A DNA stretch of 64,000 nt from Ylistrum balloti (lineage: Eukaryota). The stretch is from contig NW_026781892.1 in NCBI RefSeq assembly GCF_031769215.1, forward strand, positions 124,001 through 188,000, read 5' to 3'. The position numbers and the translations under genes were made by a program. The notes under the pieces are model-generated. The model worked only from the letters and a program-made list of their open reading frames with translations. It did no database searches and was not told where the DNA came from. This document shows, in pieces, positions 1 through 13,300 of this stretch (position 1 is the stretch's first letter; every line of letters starts with the position of its first letter).

Positions 1-1620
1 CCACCAATCAACGATGGCGGGAAATGGTACAACGATAAAGAGGACCTCGGACCACCAATAAAGGATGACGGGAAATGGTACAATGATAAAGAGGACCAGA
101 GACCACCAATCAAGGATGACGGGAAATGGTACACCGATAAAGAGTACCGGAGACCACCAATCAAGGATGACGGGAAATGGTACAACGATAAGAGGACATG
201 AGACCACCAATCAACGATGGCGGGAAATGGTACAACGATAAAGAGGACCTGAGACCAATTATCAACAATGATGGGAAATGGTACAATGATAAAGAGGACC
301 TGAGACCACCAATAAAGGATGACAGGAAATGGTACAACGATAAAGAGGACCCGAGACCACCAATCAATGATGAAGGGAAATGGTACAACAATAAAGAGGA
401 CCGGAGACCACCAATCAAGGATGACGGGAAATGGTACAACGATAAAGAGGACCTGAGACCACCAATCAACGATGACGGGAAATGGTACAACGATAACGAG
501 GACCTGAGACCACCAATAAAGGATGACGGGAAATGGTACAACGATAAAGAGGACCTGAGACCACCAATAAAGGATGACGGTAAATGGTACACCGATAAAG
601 GGGACCGGAGACCACCAATCAACGATGACGGGAAATTGTACAACGATAAAGAGGACCTCGGACCACCAATAAAGGATGACGGAAAATGGTAAAACGATAA
701 AGAGGACCAGAGACCACCAATCAAGGATGACGGGAAATGGTACACCGATAAAGAGTACCGGAGACCACCAATCAAGGATGACGGGAAATGGTACAACGAT
801 AAGAGGACCTGAGACCACCAATCAACGATGACGGGAAATGGTACAACAATAAAGAGGACCTGTAACCAATTATCAACAATGATGGGAAATGGTACAACGA
901 TAAGAGGACCTGAGACCACCAATCAAAGATGACGGGAAATGGTACAACGATAAGAGGACCTGAGACCACCAATAAAGGATGACAGGAAATGGTACAACGA
1001 TAAAGAGGACCCGAGACCACCAATCAACGATGACGGGAAATGGTACAACGATAAAGAGGACCAGAGACCACCAATCAAGGATGACGGGAAATGGTACACC
1101 GATAAAGAGTACCGGAGACCACCAATCAAGGATGACGGGAAATGGTACAACGATAAGAGGACCTGAGACCACCAATCAACGATGACGGGAAATGGTACAA
1201 CAATAAAGAGGACCTGTAACCAATTATCAACAATGATGGGAAATGGTACAACGATAAGAGGACCTGAGACCACCAATCAAAGATGACGGGAAATGGTACA
1301 ACGATAAGAGGACCTGAGACCACCGTTCATCGATGATGGGAAATGGTACAACGATAAGAGGACCTGAGACCACCAATAAAGGATGACAGGAAATGGTACA
1401 ACGATAAAGAGGACCCGAGACCACCAATCAACGATGACGGGAAATGGTACAACGATAAAGAGGACCTGGGACCAATTATCAACAATGATGGGAAATGGTA
1501 CAACGATAAGAGGACCTGTAACCAATTATCAACAATGATGGGAAATGCTACGACGATAAAGATGACCGGAAACCACCAATCAACGATGACGGGAAATGGT
1601 ACAATGATAAAGAGGTCCTT
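1..1620. repeat. 51-bp minisatellite (with 50-bp variants), more than 30 copies, runs off the window start
   Basis: ccaccaatcaacgatgacgggaaatggtacaacgataaagaggacctgaga. Confidence 0.97.
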
Positions 1621-4044
1621 TGATAATCAATTAATGATGATTTGAATAGTATGTTGATAGAGGACAGCAGACTATTGATTGATAATGACAGGTTATAGTA
1701 CTCTAATGTATGTTTTCTTCTCAATATCTGTTATAGTTAGATTACTTCAAAAATATTGTTAAACGATTGTCTTATTGTTTAACAAACGTTTAAAAAATAA
1801 TTCTTGTTTTGTTTTAACTGTCTGTGATGAAGGACAAGGCTTGCTGGAGCAACCAAGCGATCAGGAAAATCTTGGCTGCATTAGGTTCACCTGAAAGAGA
1901 AGACTTGATGTCATCAATAGTCAGAGCATTTATCCCAAATGGAAGAATGAAGACATTACATTGATCATGTATTACTATTTACTATAATTAGGGTAAAGAA
2001 TTAAATGTTTTTGATTAGTTTTATTAAGGTTCAGTAAAAAGTGAGAAATTCATGTTTGTACATTATCAGGGAAAATTCAGGGAGATAAAAGCATTTTCAA
2101 CAGTATTTAAATGTTTCCTGTGGCAAATTCGTAAAATTAAAAAAAAAGTTTTGTCTAGAGGAACCCTCCAATTTCTCAATTGTAAAATTTTGAAGTTTGT
2201 TTTTAAGTTCTTGAAAATAAATCCTGTTTCATGTATTAAATGGTGTGGAACTGTTGGTCTCTTTGTGGAAGCATCTGGAATCCTGCTTATTTCGTGAATT
2301 ATTGAATCGGGGAGACAGCTGGGACAGAAATGATGATAAACATGTATATAAATAAAACTCTCTAGGATAGTTGACATTATTGGAATTTTAACATCTGAAG
2401 ATCATTTTCACAATGTTAAAAAGAGCTTGATTCGTATATTTTCTTGGTGAATAGATGAACTCCTCATCTGACCAGGCAAAGAGCAAGGCATCACAGACTA
2501 TAACCCCTATAACCCCACAATAAAGAAGATGGCAAAATGTCAGGAGTTGAATGAATCACAAGAGTGCTGATGAGGATATTCTTAAAATAATGTCTGTACT
2601 CTGACCCAAAACTGATATTATGTTTCTTTATATGAATGTGAAATATGTAAGAAATTCCTCCAGAAGTGAAGACACCAACCTTTTGTTGTTCAAAGTCTGG
2701 TTAGAGATGATGATCGATTAGTGAACATTTTTGAAATATTCTTTATCATTTCATAAATTTGTTTAGAGACAAGATTGAAATATTTTATATGTTGGTTTTG
2801 CCTTTAATTCGTTATTTCAATAACAAATTAAATTTTACCCTTACTACTGGCACACTCTTTCAGACAACTAGGGACTGCTGACAGTGACCATATGACATAT
2901 GCGATTACTTCTTTTCTTCTAAACACGATAACTCTGATGAGGATTTTTTAAAAACTTGATATGCAGCTTTTATGTCGACAATATCTTGAATGACTGACAA
3001 TGGGACCATTTTGATTGTAACACTTCTGGAAATACAATTTGAATTTGATAAAACTTTGTATGCTGCCTTGTATCATTGATATCGAAATTTGGCTGATTTG
3101 ATAGCAACTTGCAGAGATATAGGCCATTGTAATTCAGCTGCTAGAGTGCTGGCATGGATTTCCTGAAAATATTCATGGTGACCTTAACCTTGAAATTAAA
3201 ATTTGTTTCTGATATTGTAATTCATTTGTGTGTGAATTTTGATTGAAATCTCTAGGAAATAGTGCTGCAAGAGCAGTGACTGATTTAAAATGATTGACCT
3301 GTTGACCTTGATGATAGAACCCTGATATACAAACTTGACTCTGGTAAGATGGTCCTTTATAAAAGTGAAATTTGGTCAAAATCCCTAACTAATGTAGCAT
3401 GTACATCCCTATATCCTGACCTTCACTGTGAGGACATCAAAAATTATAGCAAAGACAAAAAGGAACCGGATCCCAGAGGAATCTATGCCCACACAATGAT
3501 GGCATAATCTTATTGGGTTCATATTGGTTTCAGCCATTTGAATTTTTTATGACCAGATCTATTAGGAACCATAATTTATCTTTTTAAAACAATTGAGAAC
3601 CTACATATGAAAGAGCAATCAAAAACTTTCAATAGCAGCAACAAGAATTGGTTTGACACCAAAGACGTTACCTTTGTCCTGTAGCATTGTTGGCTGTTCC
3701 ATAATGGAGGCATTCCTATATCGTTTAGCACAGTTGGAAAAACCTCAAATGAGATTTAATATAAACATATTTTATTTGAATCGGTGATAAACAAAATATA
3801 TACAAGGGACTGGGCACAGTTTGTCCCAAATTATTCCAACCTTTTCCAAAGAACTTCATGGATTTTTGCCGATATACGTTATATCTATAAGAAAGAATAT
3901 AAGCAAATTAATTTACTTACTGTGAAAAATGAAACTGACAAGAAGTCACTTGACCTAGTAAATTATCCACTTATTCATTTGTCTCGGAATATACTAAACA
4001 TAGGCAAAAAGTACAGAAAGCAAATGTAACATCTATAAGTCGTT

Positions 4045-5217
4045 CCTAATAGAGGCAATACACAAAACAGCTGGAGGTGGGACACAAGCCACACTGGCCT
4101 GATTCCACTAGTAAGGCAATACACAAAACAGCTGGAAGTGGGACACAAGCCACACTGGCTGGAGGTGGGACACAAGCCACACTGGCTGGAGGTAGGACAC
4201 AAGCCACACTGGCCCGATTCCACTAGTAAGGCAATACACAAAACAGCTGGAGGTGGGACACAAGCCACCCTGGCCCGATTCCACTAGTAAGGCAATACAC
4301 AAAACAGCTGGAGGTGGGACACGAGCCACACTGGCCCGATTCCACTAGTAAGGCAATACACAAAACAGCTGGAGGTGGGACACGAGCCACACTGGCCCGA
4401 TTCCACTAGTAAGGCAATACACAAAACAGCTGGAGGTAGGACACAAGCCACACTGGCCCGATTCCACTAGTAAGGCAATACACAAAACAGCTGGAGGTGG
4501 GACACAAGCCACACTGGCCTGATTCCACTAGTAAGGCAATACACAAAACAGCTGGAGGTGGGACACAAGCCACACTGGCTGGAGGTGGGACACAAGCCAC
4601 ACTGGCCCGATTCCACTAGTAAGGCAATACACAAAACAGCTGGAGGTGGGACACAAGCCACACTGGCCCGATTCCACTAGTAAGGCAATACACAAAACAG
4701 CTGGAGGTGGGACACAAGTCACACTGGCTGGAGGTGGGACACAAGCCACACTGGCTGGAGGTGGGACACAAGCCACACTGGCTTGAGGTGGGACACAAGC
4801 CACACTGGCCCGATTCCACTAGTAAGGCAATACACAAAACAGCTGGAGGTGGGACACAAGCCACACTGGCCCGATTCCACTAGTAAGGCAATACACAAAA
4901 CAGCTGGAGGTGGGACACAAGCCACACTGGCCCGATTCCACTAGTAAGGCAATACACAAAACAGCTGGAGGTGGGACACAAGCCACACTGGCCCGATTCC
5001 ACTAGTAAGGCAATACACAAAACAGCTGGAGGTGGGACACAAGCCACACTGGCCCGATTCCACTAGTAAGGCAATACACAAAACAGCTGGAGGTGGGACA
5101 CAAGGCACACTGGCGGGAGATTCCACTAGTAAGGCAATACACAAAACAGCTGGAGGTGGGACACAAGCCACACTGGCTGGAGGTGGGACACAAGCCACAC
5201 TGGCCTGATTCCACGAG
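4045..5217. repeat. 61-bp minisatellite with an internal 27-bp sub-repeat of variable copy number
   Basis: gattccactagtaaggcaatacacaaaaca + (gctggaggtgggacacaagccacactg)n. Confidence 0.97.
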
Positions 5218-6699
5218 TAAAATGAACGACAATTGTATTCAATCTTTTATCAACAATAATACTGATCATTATTTGACACAACAGACGTTTTGAAATGTAC
5301 CTCTAGCAAGAATTCCCACTTTTTTTCATTCCAAACAGTCGTGTTTGTATGGAATAATCCATCTTGTCTGTTTTCCACAATATCCTTTATGCTGTAAAAA
5401 AGTACTTTTGTCACGACCAGTCACTGATGCATATCACTAAAACAATAGTGATGCTCGATGTTCTAACACTTCTTATAGATTAGTTGCACAGGATTTACTG
5501 GCATACAATCCATATTGATGTTCTGAAAATAAATTGGTGATGTCTATGTGTTGAACAAGGATGTCTCGAACAATCCTTTACACAATTTTCCTAACCACAG
5601 AAGTTCAAACTAATAGAGTGATGATTCCCCATTTGTAAATTGGCTGCATTGGGTAACTTAAAATTTGGGATGTGGGATCACCTAGGTGAGACCTTGCACA
5701 TATCAAAATGTTACTCTAACACCTGCATAAGGTTTTTTTCTCATGTTTTGCTTACTGGCAATCCCCAGAAAAACCAGTACCCTGAGGCAAATTCACAATA
5801 GCAAAAAGTAAAAAAGTAGCAGGGTTCACATCAGCAGTCACCAATATCACATTTTGTGATTAGAAAATAAAACTGGCAAAAAAAAAGTTAGTTTTTAAGA
5901 TTTTTCCAGTAACAAATTATCACCACTAATTAGGGAAACTCTTATTAAAAATGAATCGAGAATTCAGCTAAAACTGATCGATTGGTGTCTTATCCAGGTA
6001 AATTCACAGCATAATCAACTGTTCTATCATGACCAATAATTCCCTATGACCAGCAGGTTCCCAGCGAACAGTTTTAGACAATAGACTAGGGTCTAAACAG
6101 CTACCCCAGAGCATCTGAAATGATGATAAATGATACAATTATCATTAGCAATCCATCTACTGAAACAAATATTACATTTAACAAACGCCATGTTTAAATT
6201 AAAGGATTTTTATTTAAAAAAAACAAAATCTGGAAAAAAAATTGCAAAAAATGTACCCATCACTGAAGTGAGTACAAAAACAAAGAAAAAAAAAAGGATG
6301 ACATTGTCATCAGTTGTATAAAAATTGTCACATGTAGATGTAGAAATAAAAGGCTAATTAAGAAATTCTCCTGAACATTTATTAAAATATACAGACTGTA
6401 TACTTAAATTGGATATGTTGCTAGAATCATTATCACCGCATCGTGTCAGTTACTCTGAAGCTCAAACTGTCAGGTTAAATAGCAATCTTGACCTCTTGTT
6501 TTATCATGTTGGAGATGCTTATTTGATATAGTTGTTTGATGTACATGGCCTCCTAAACATTGCTTATGAAAATAAGTAGAATTGACGTCACAGGGGAAAA
6601 TGTCGATACCTGTACATCATGCAACACATCAATCACTTTCTTTAATCATTATTTAAAGATTTTCTGTGACCATTTATAGACTTGGAAATTTATGTCTTT

Positions 6700-7300
6700 A
6701 ATGTTGATCATTAATTTCAGACTGGCATAAGACACTGGTCAGCATAAGTTCCATATTGACAAAGCTGACCAATACCCTCAGAATGACGTAGGAAACAGGT
6801 CAGCATTCATAAGTTTTGGTCCGATGTCCACAAGTTGACCTTTACCCTCATTGGTAGAGGAAACAGCTCAGGCCTTATAAATCTTTAGTCTGAAGCCAAC
6901 AAAGTTGACCTTTACCCTCAGATTGGTAGAGGAAACAGCTCAGGCCTCATAAATCTTTAGTCTGAAGCCAACAAAGTTGACCTTTACCCTCAGATTGGCA
7001 GAGGAAACAACTCGGACTTTATAAACCTTCAGTCCAATTTCCACGAAGTTGACAAATACCCTCAGGCTTGCAGGAAAAGGGTCAGCCCTCATACATATAC
7101 AGTCTGATGTCCATGAAGTTTAAAAATACCCTCAGGCTGGCAAAGGTCAGCCCTTATAACTCTTCAGTCCGATGTCAACAAATTTCACCAATATCGTCCG
7201 GCTGCCGGAAGAACAAGTCAGCCCTCATGAATCTTCAGTCCGATGTCCAAAAGATTGACCAATATCCTCAGATTGGCATAGGAAACTGGTCAGCATACAC
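6700..7300. repeat. Degenerate ~70-72-bp tandem repeat (about 9 copies) overlapping the PIGK stop codon/3'UTR
   Basis: gttgacctttaccctcagattggtagaggaaacagctcagg... and variants. Confidence 0.85.
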
Positions 7301-7337
7301 AAGCTTCTGTGTCTGTTCCTCAACACACGTGTCTTTA
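7268..7337 (-). CDS. PIGK: PIGK probable last coding exon ([23 protein letters not shown])
   Basis: ttgttcgacag acceptor, phase 2; KLVYADQFP resembles the KYAEQLP segment of vertebrate PIGK; TGA at 7270-7268. Confidence 0.72.
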
Positions 7338-10300
7338 CTGTCGAACAAGCAAACAAGCTAAATATAACTGAAACAATATGTGTCCTATTGGCCTCCACAA
7401 ACAACAGAAGTCATTCTTAGGGTAAATGCCCTTTGTTGGTAATGTAGAAGGAAGGGAAAATCCTGATACATGTTATAATTATACTTTGTAACAGAATATA
7501 ATGTCACATTACTTACATTTGTAATTTTTATTTCTTAAACTAAATTTAATATGAAATCATTCACTAAGCCACAGCAGTCTGCAGGACAAAACAATTTCAG
7601 TAAATAGTAATCAAACTGTTTGTTTATGTTACTACACTTTACAGTAAAACATAAATGTAGATAATATCTAATCTGTACTGATTTTTCTGATCAATTACTG
7701 ATTCTGAATGGTTTCACTCGTGTTCACGCTAAAGTACCTGCAATGCTGGGTTGTCTCCCCTGTAACATTGCCCAACAGGATTATGTCTGTGAGGAGCTCT
7801 ACATTACGAACACTGCCAAAGAAGTCAGTGAGAAGAACCTTGTCTGGATCCCTAGGGAACAAGTCTGTACGGGTACTCACTGTAGATGAACACTGGGAAC
7901 GAGGACACACCTTCAGCTGTACAAAGAAATGTTCATTATAATAATAATGTGTATTACACTAGAAAAACACTGGGGACACACTCTCAGCTGTACACAATAC
8001 ACTACCATGCTGGTTTCACAATGTATCAAAGGGGTTAGAAATTTAACCTAAGAAAAACCAATCAAATTTCAAGGAATTGATGATGAGAACGATTTCATAT
8101 TATTATCAAACAATCTCTTTAATACATTTGATTCTCGTGATGGGAAACTGAATTAAATCATGAGAATGCTAAATGTATAACATTTGACAAAAAGAACATG
8201 ATGTTTGCTTCTGAGAATACCAGATATGATGTCAATGACCCTATCTTTATGTTTGTGAATGAAATGAGCTTGACTTACAAATTGTCCCATAGTCTTCTTA
8301 CTCTCAGGTTTAGCCGACTCTAGAAACTCTAGTGCGTAGTAAGTATATCTATCAATCACAAATACACCAATGGTCGGGTCTACATGGTGCTGCGAATACA
8401 ATACACAAGGTTGTAACTATCAACAAAACAGACATTATTATAAGGCAAATTATATCATGTTTCCTCTTACAGAATCATTCCTGGATGTTATGTACATATC
8501 CTTGTTCCTCATACACCTTAAGTTAAGTGACAAAATATAATAATAGTAATAGCAACAGTATGGACAAGTGAATAGTAAAATTTTTTAGGCGACCTGTCCC
8601 TTTATTATCAATCTAAATCGAGAACAGTGGTGTAAATTTAGGTGTCCCGATAATCCCTTCGTCCTATGGACACCGAATGCCCTTTATAGCGGACAGAAAA
8701 CCATTCCAAGTTGTTGTATGTAAGATGGTGATTAAAATATAAAAAATGTTTGACATAAATCAAGGTAGGTTTAGCACTCTAAACACTGAGCATTATTTAC
8801 ACTGTATACTGTATACATATATATATATTACTGTATACATATATATATATATAAATATTACTGTATACATATATATATATATATATAAATATTACTGTAT
8901 ACACATATATATATATATAAATATTACTGTATACATATATATATATAAATAAAGTGTATGAGGCCAAGAGAATATGTATGACATGGATCATCCTCGAGAA
9001 AGTGATCAAACAAGGGAGGTAACTCAATTAATAATGTATATCAATTAAACACACAGCCTCATTCACACCCTTAAACACAGACATAAGTATGTGATACATC
9101 TACACCAACCTCAATTCTCCAGGGTTAACATCACTTTCTCTCTCTTCACCCCTGGAACAAGTCATGACAAAATTTAAGGTTCCATATGTGACACCTTGTG
9201 AACAAGTCGAAAAGACAAGCTTGATTCTTTGATGTACATCAAGTGAATCTCGAGGTTGCATAATGGTATATTGTATTGGCTTTGAAGTAGGGCGTCTCCT
9301 TTGTAATATTCAAAAGGAGTGTTTCAGCCTGTGATTGGTCAGCTTTTTCTCCTTGAACCAAACAAATTACTTCACTTGTGCCTTTGATTTTGCCATGATG
9401 TTCCAGGGTGCAGAGAGTGAAAGTAATCGTAACCTCTGGAGTATCCAGGATGCACATGGATATTTCTGCATTATTGCAAACTCATTTACCACCATATCAA
9501 AAAACTTTTGACTTTGACTTTGTCATCTGGCTCTCAGCAAAAAGAGGGACAAACCATTTCTTTATACATGGATAAGATATGGAATTTGATGCTCAATGAA
9601 TACTTCATTAGTACTGCCAAACCAATAGGAATGTCAGCACCTTATTTTCTTTATACTCATAAGTCACTATGATAGTTAGCAAAAGAGAGTGATTTCTATA
9701 AGCCTGATAGGGCCTAGTTGTAAAAATAACCCCACATAACCAACATAAGGATGATATAATGGGATCCATCATTGTACAATATTCTGACAATAAAAATCTC
9801 CATAGTCAATGTCTTAACAATAAACAGGTTGTTTATAAATCATGATGCAGGTGTTATCACGAATGACATGACTATTAGTAACCTACCGATAATGAGTCCT
9901 CTCCAATCTTACTGCTGGCCACAGCCAAGATATTTGGGGAGTAAAACTTGTGAAACATAGACTCTGCTTGGCAGGTGTCAATCATGTAGAACAGCTCATG
10001 GTACCTATGTCACATACACAGCATCATCAGCAAAATGGTGTCAATATGTTATCTAGAAATCCAAATTCATACTCAAGATTTCATAATCTCTGTTATATTG
10101 AACAAGGAAGGATGAGACACAAGTTTGGCTTAAGTATTTCTTGTGCTTATTTATCAGTACATATAGTAATACCCAGCAATAATGGAATAGTCCATAATAG
10201 CAGTACATATAGTAATACCCAGCAATAATGGAATAGTCCATAATATCAGTACATATAGTAACACCCAGCAATAATGGAATAGTCCATAATAGCAGTACAT

Positions 10301-13300
10301 ATAGTAATACCCAGCAATAATGGAATAGTCCATAATAGCAGTACATATAGTAATACCCAGCAATAATGGAATAGTCCATAATAGCAGTACATATAGTAAT
10401 ACCCAGCAATAATGGAATAGTCCAAAATAGGAAGATTATCATTGCAAGATGAGAATTTTTCAATGATAACAAAAGCACATTGTATTAAAAATCTTCAATG
10501 AATGAAAACACTCTGTGATTGCAATATAATTTTCTTTTTCATCAAAATTCTTGACTCAATCTTCTTTGATAAGGATCAGTCAATTAAATTTTTGTTGCCA
10601 GACTTAATTGTTTTAATTCATTTCACATTCTTTTTGAAAACTGATAGCAGTATTGCTTTGATCCACTCTGAAAGTGTTGATTCTGATGTACAGGTTAGTA
10701 GGTCAGATATTAAAGTATTTCTTTGGTGTTCTCTGATATTGTTTATTGTGATATTTAAACAGAGAGCATACAGCATAACATGTCATAACCTACCTCCTCT
10801 TCTGCCACATCTGTTCAAAAGCATCAGCCAACTCTACATTGGAAATTTCCTCAGCATCTTGAAACTTCAGAAAACCATCTCCACCATGACCTGCACAAAA
10901 ACACCAGTCCGACATATAATGATTCAAACATGCACCAATACACCAGACATGTAATGCCATGACCTGCACCAACACATCAGTAAGACATATACTACCATGA
11001 CCTGCACCAAAACACCAGACATGTAATGCCTTGACCTGCCCAAAAACATCAGTAAGGCATATAATGCCATGACCTGCACCAAAACACCAGACATGTAATG
11101 CCATGACCTGCACAAAAACATCAGTAAGACATATACTACCATGACCTGCACCAAAACACCAGACATGTAATGCCATGACCTGCACAAAAACATCAGTAAG
11201 GCATATAATGCCTTGACCTGCACAAAAACACCAGTAAGGCATATAATACCTCGATCTGCATGTAATGCCATGACCTGCACCAAAACATCACTCAGACATG
11301 AAATGCCATGACCTGCACCAAAACACCAGACATGTAATGCCTTGACCTGCACAAAAACATCAGTAAGGCATATAATGCCTTGACCTGCACAAAAACACCA
11401 GTAAGGCATATAATACCTCGATCTGCATGTAATGCCATGACCTGCACCAAAACATCAATCAGACATGTAATGCCATGACCTGCACCAAAACACCAGACAT
11501 GTAATGCCTTGACCTGCACCAAAACATAACTCAGACATGTAATGCCATGACCTGCACCAAAACACCAGACATGTTATGCCATGACCTGCACCAAAACACC
11601 AGACATGTAATGCCATGACCTGCACCAAAATATCAGTCAGATATGTAATGCCTTGACCTGCACCAAAACATCACTCAGACATGTAATGCCATGACCTGCA
11701 CCAAAACACCAGACATGTAATGCCATGACCTGCACCAAAACACCAGACATGTAATGCCATGACCTGCACCAAAACATCACTCAGACATGTAATGCCATGA
11801 CCTGCACCAAAACACCAGACATGTAATGCCATGACCTGCACCAAAACATCAATAAGGCATATAATGCAATGACCTGCACCAAAACACCAGACATGTAATG
11901 CCTTGACCTGCACCAAAACATCAGTCAGATATGTAATGCCTTGACCTTCACCAAAACATCAGTCAGATATGTAATGCCTTGACCTGCACAAAAACATCAG
12001 TCAGATATTTAATGCCATGACCTGTACCAAAACATCAGTTAGACATGTAATGCCTTTACCTGCATGTAATGCCATGACCTGTGTGTATCTGTGGTGATAG
12101 GTGTGTATCTGTGTCGACAGATGTGTATTCTGTGGTGATAGGTTTGTATTCTGGGGTGAAAGGTGTGTATCTGTGGTGATAGGTAGGTATCTGTGTTGAT
12201 AGGTATGTGGTGACAGGTATGTATTCTGTGGTGATAGGTGTGTATTCTGTGGTGACAGGTGTGTATCTGTTATGATAAGTGTGTATTCTGTGGTGATAGG
12301 TATGTATTCTGAGGTGATAGGTTTGTATTCTGTGGTGATAGGTATGCATTCTGAGGTGATAGGTTTGTATCTGTTACAATAAGTGTGTATTCTGTGGTGA
12401 TAGGTATGTATTCTGTGGTGATAGGTATGTATTCTATGGTGATAGATGTGTATTCTGTGATGACAGGTGTGTATCTGTGTTGATAGGTATGTATTCTGTG
12501 GTGGCAGGTATGTATTCTGTGGTGATAGGTATGCATTCTGAGGTGATAGGTTTGTATCTGTTACGATAAGTGTGTATTCTGTGTTGACAGATGTGTATTC
12601 TGTGGTGATAGGTATGTATCTGTGTTGATAGGTTTGTATTCTGTGGTGATAGGTTAGTATTCAGTGGTGAAAGGTGTGTATCTGTGTTGATAGGTATGTA
12701 TTCTGTGGTGACAGGTATGTATTCTGTGGTGATAGGTGTGTATTCTGTGGTGATAGGTATGTATCTGTGGTGATACGTATGTATTCTGTGGTGACAGGTG
12801 TGTATCTGTTACGATAAGTGTGTATTCTGTGGTGATAGGTATGTATTCTGTGGTGATAGGTATGTATTCTATGGTGATAGATGTGTATTCTGTGATGACA
12901 GGTGTGTATCTGTGTTAACAGATGTGTATTCTGTGGTGACAGGTGTGTATTCTGTGGTGATGGGTGTATCTGTGGTGACTTGTGTTTCTGTGGTGACAGG
13001 TGTGTATCTGTGGTGACTTGTGTATCTGTAGTGACAGGTGTGTATCTGTGGTGATGGGTGTATCTGTGGTGACAGGTGTGTATTCTGCAGTGGGTATTTT
13101 ATTGTGGCAATGTGAAGTTTGTCATACCTGTCATATAAACAAGAACGTTACTCCTCTCATCAGTCAGTAGGCGTTTTGATCGAGGTGTACTTGGTGGCAG
13201 TCGTCCTGTGAGAACACGGATGAAGTTTTCAACCGTAACCTGATAAACACAACAAGAAGGGAATTTGATTTCTTCTCAAAAAACATGTAATGAACTTTTC

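Noticed and set aside
1820-1970. Exon-like segment readable on either strand
   Set aside because: No recognisable homology, and no compatible donor in PIGK exon 10 to join it.
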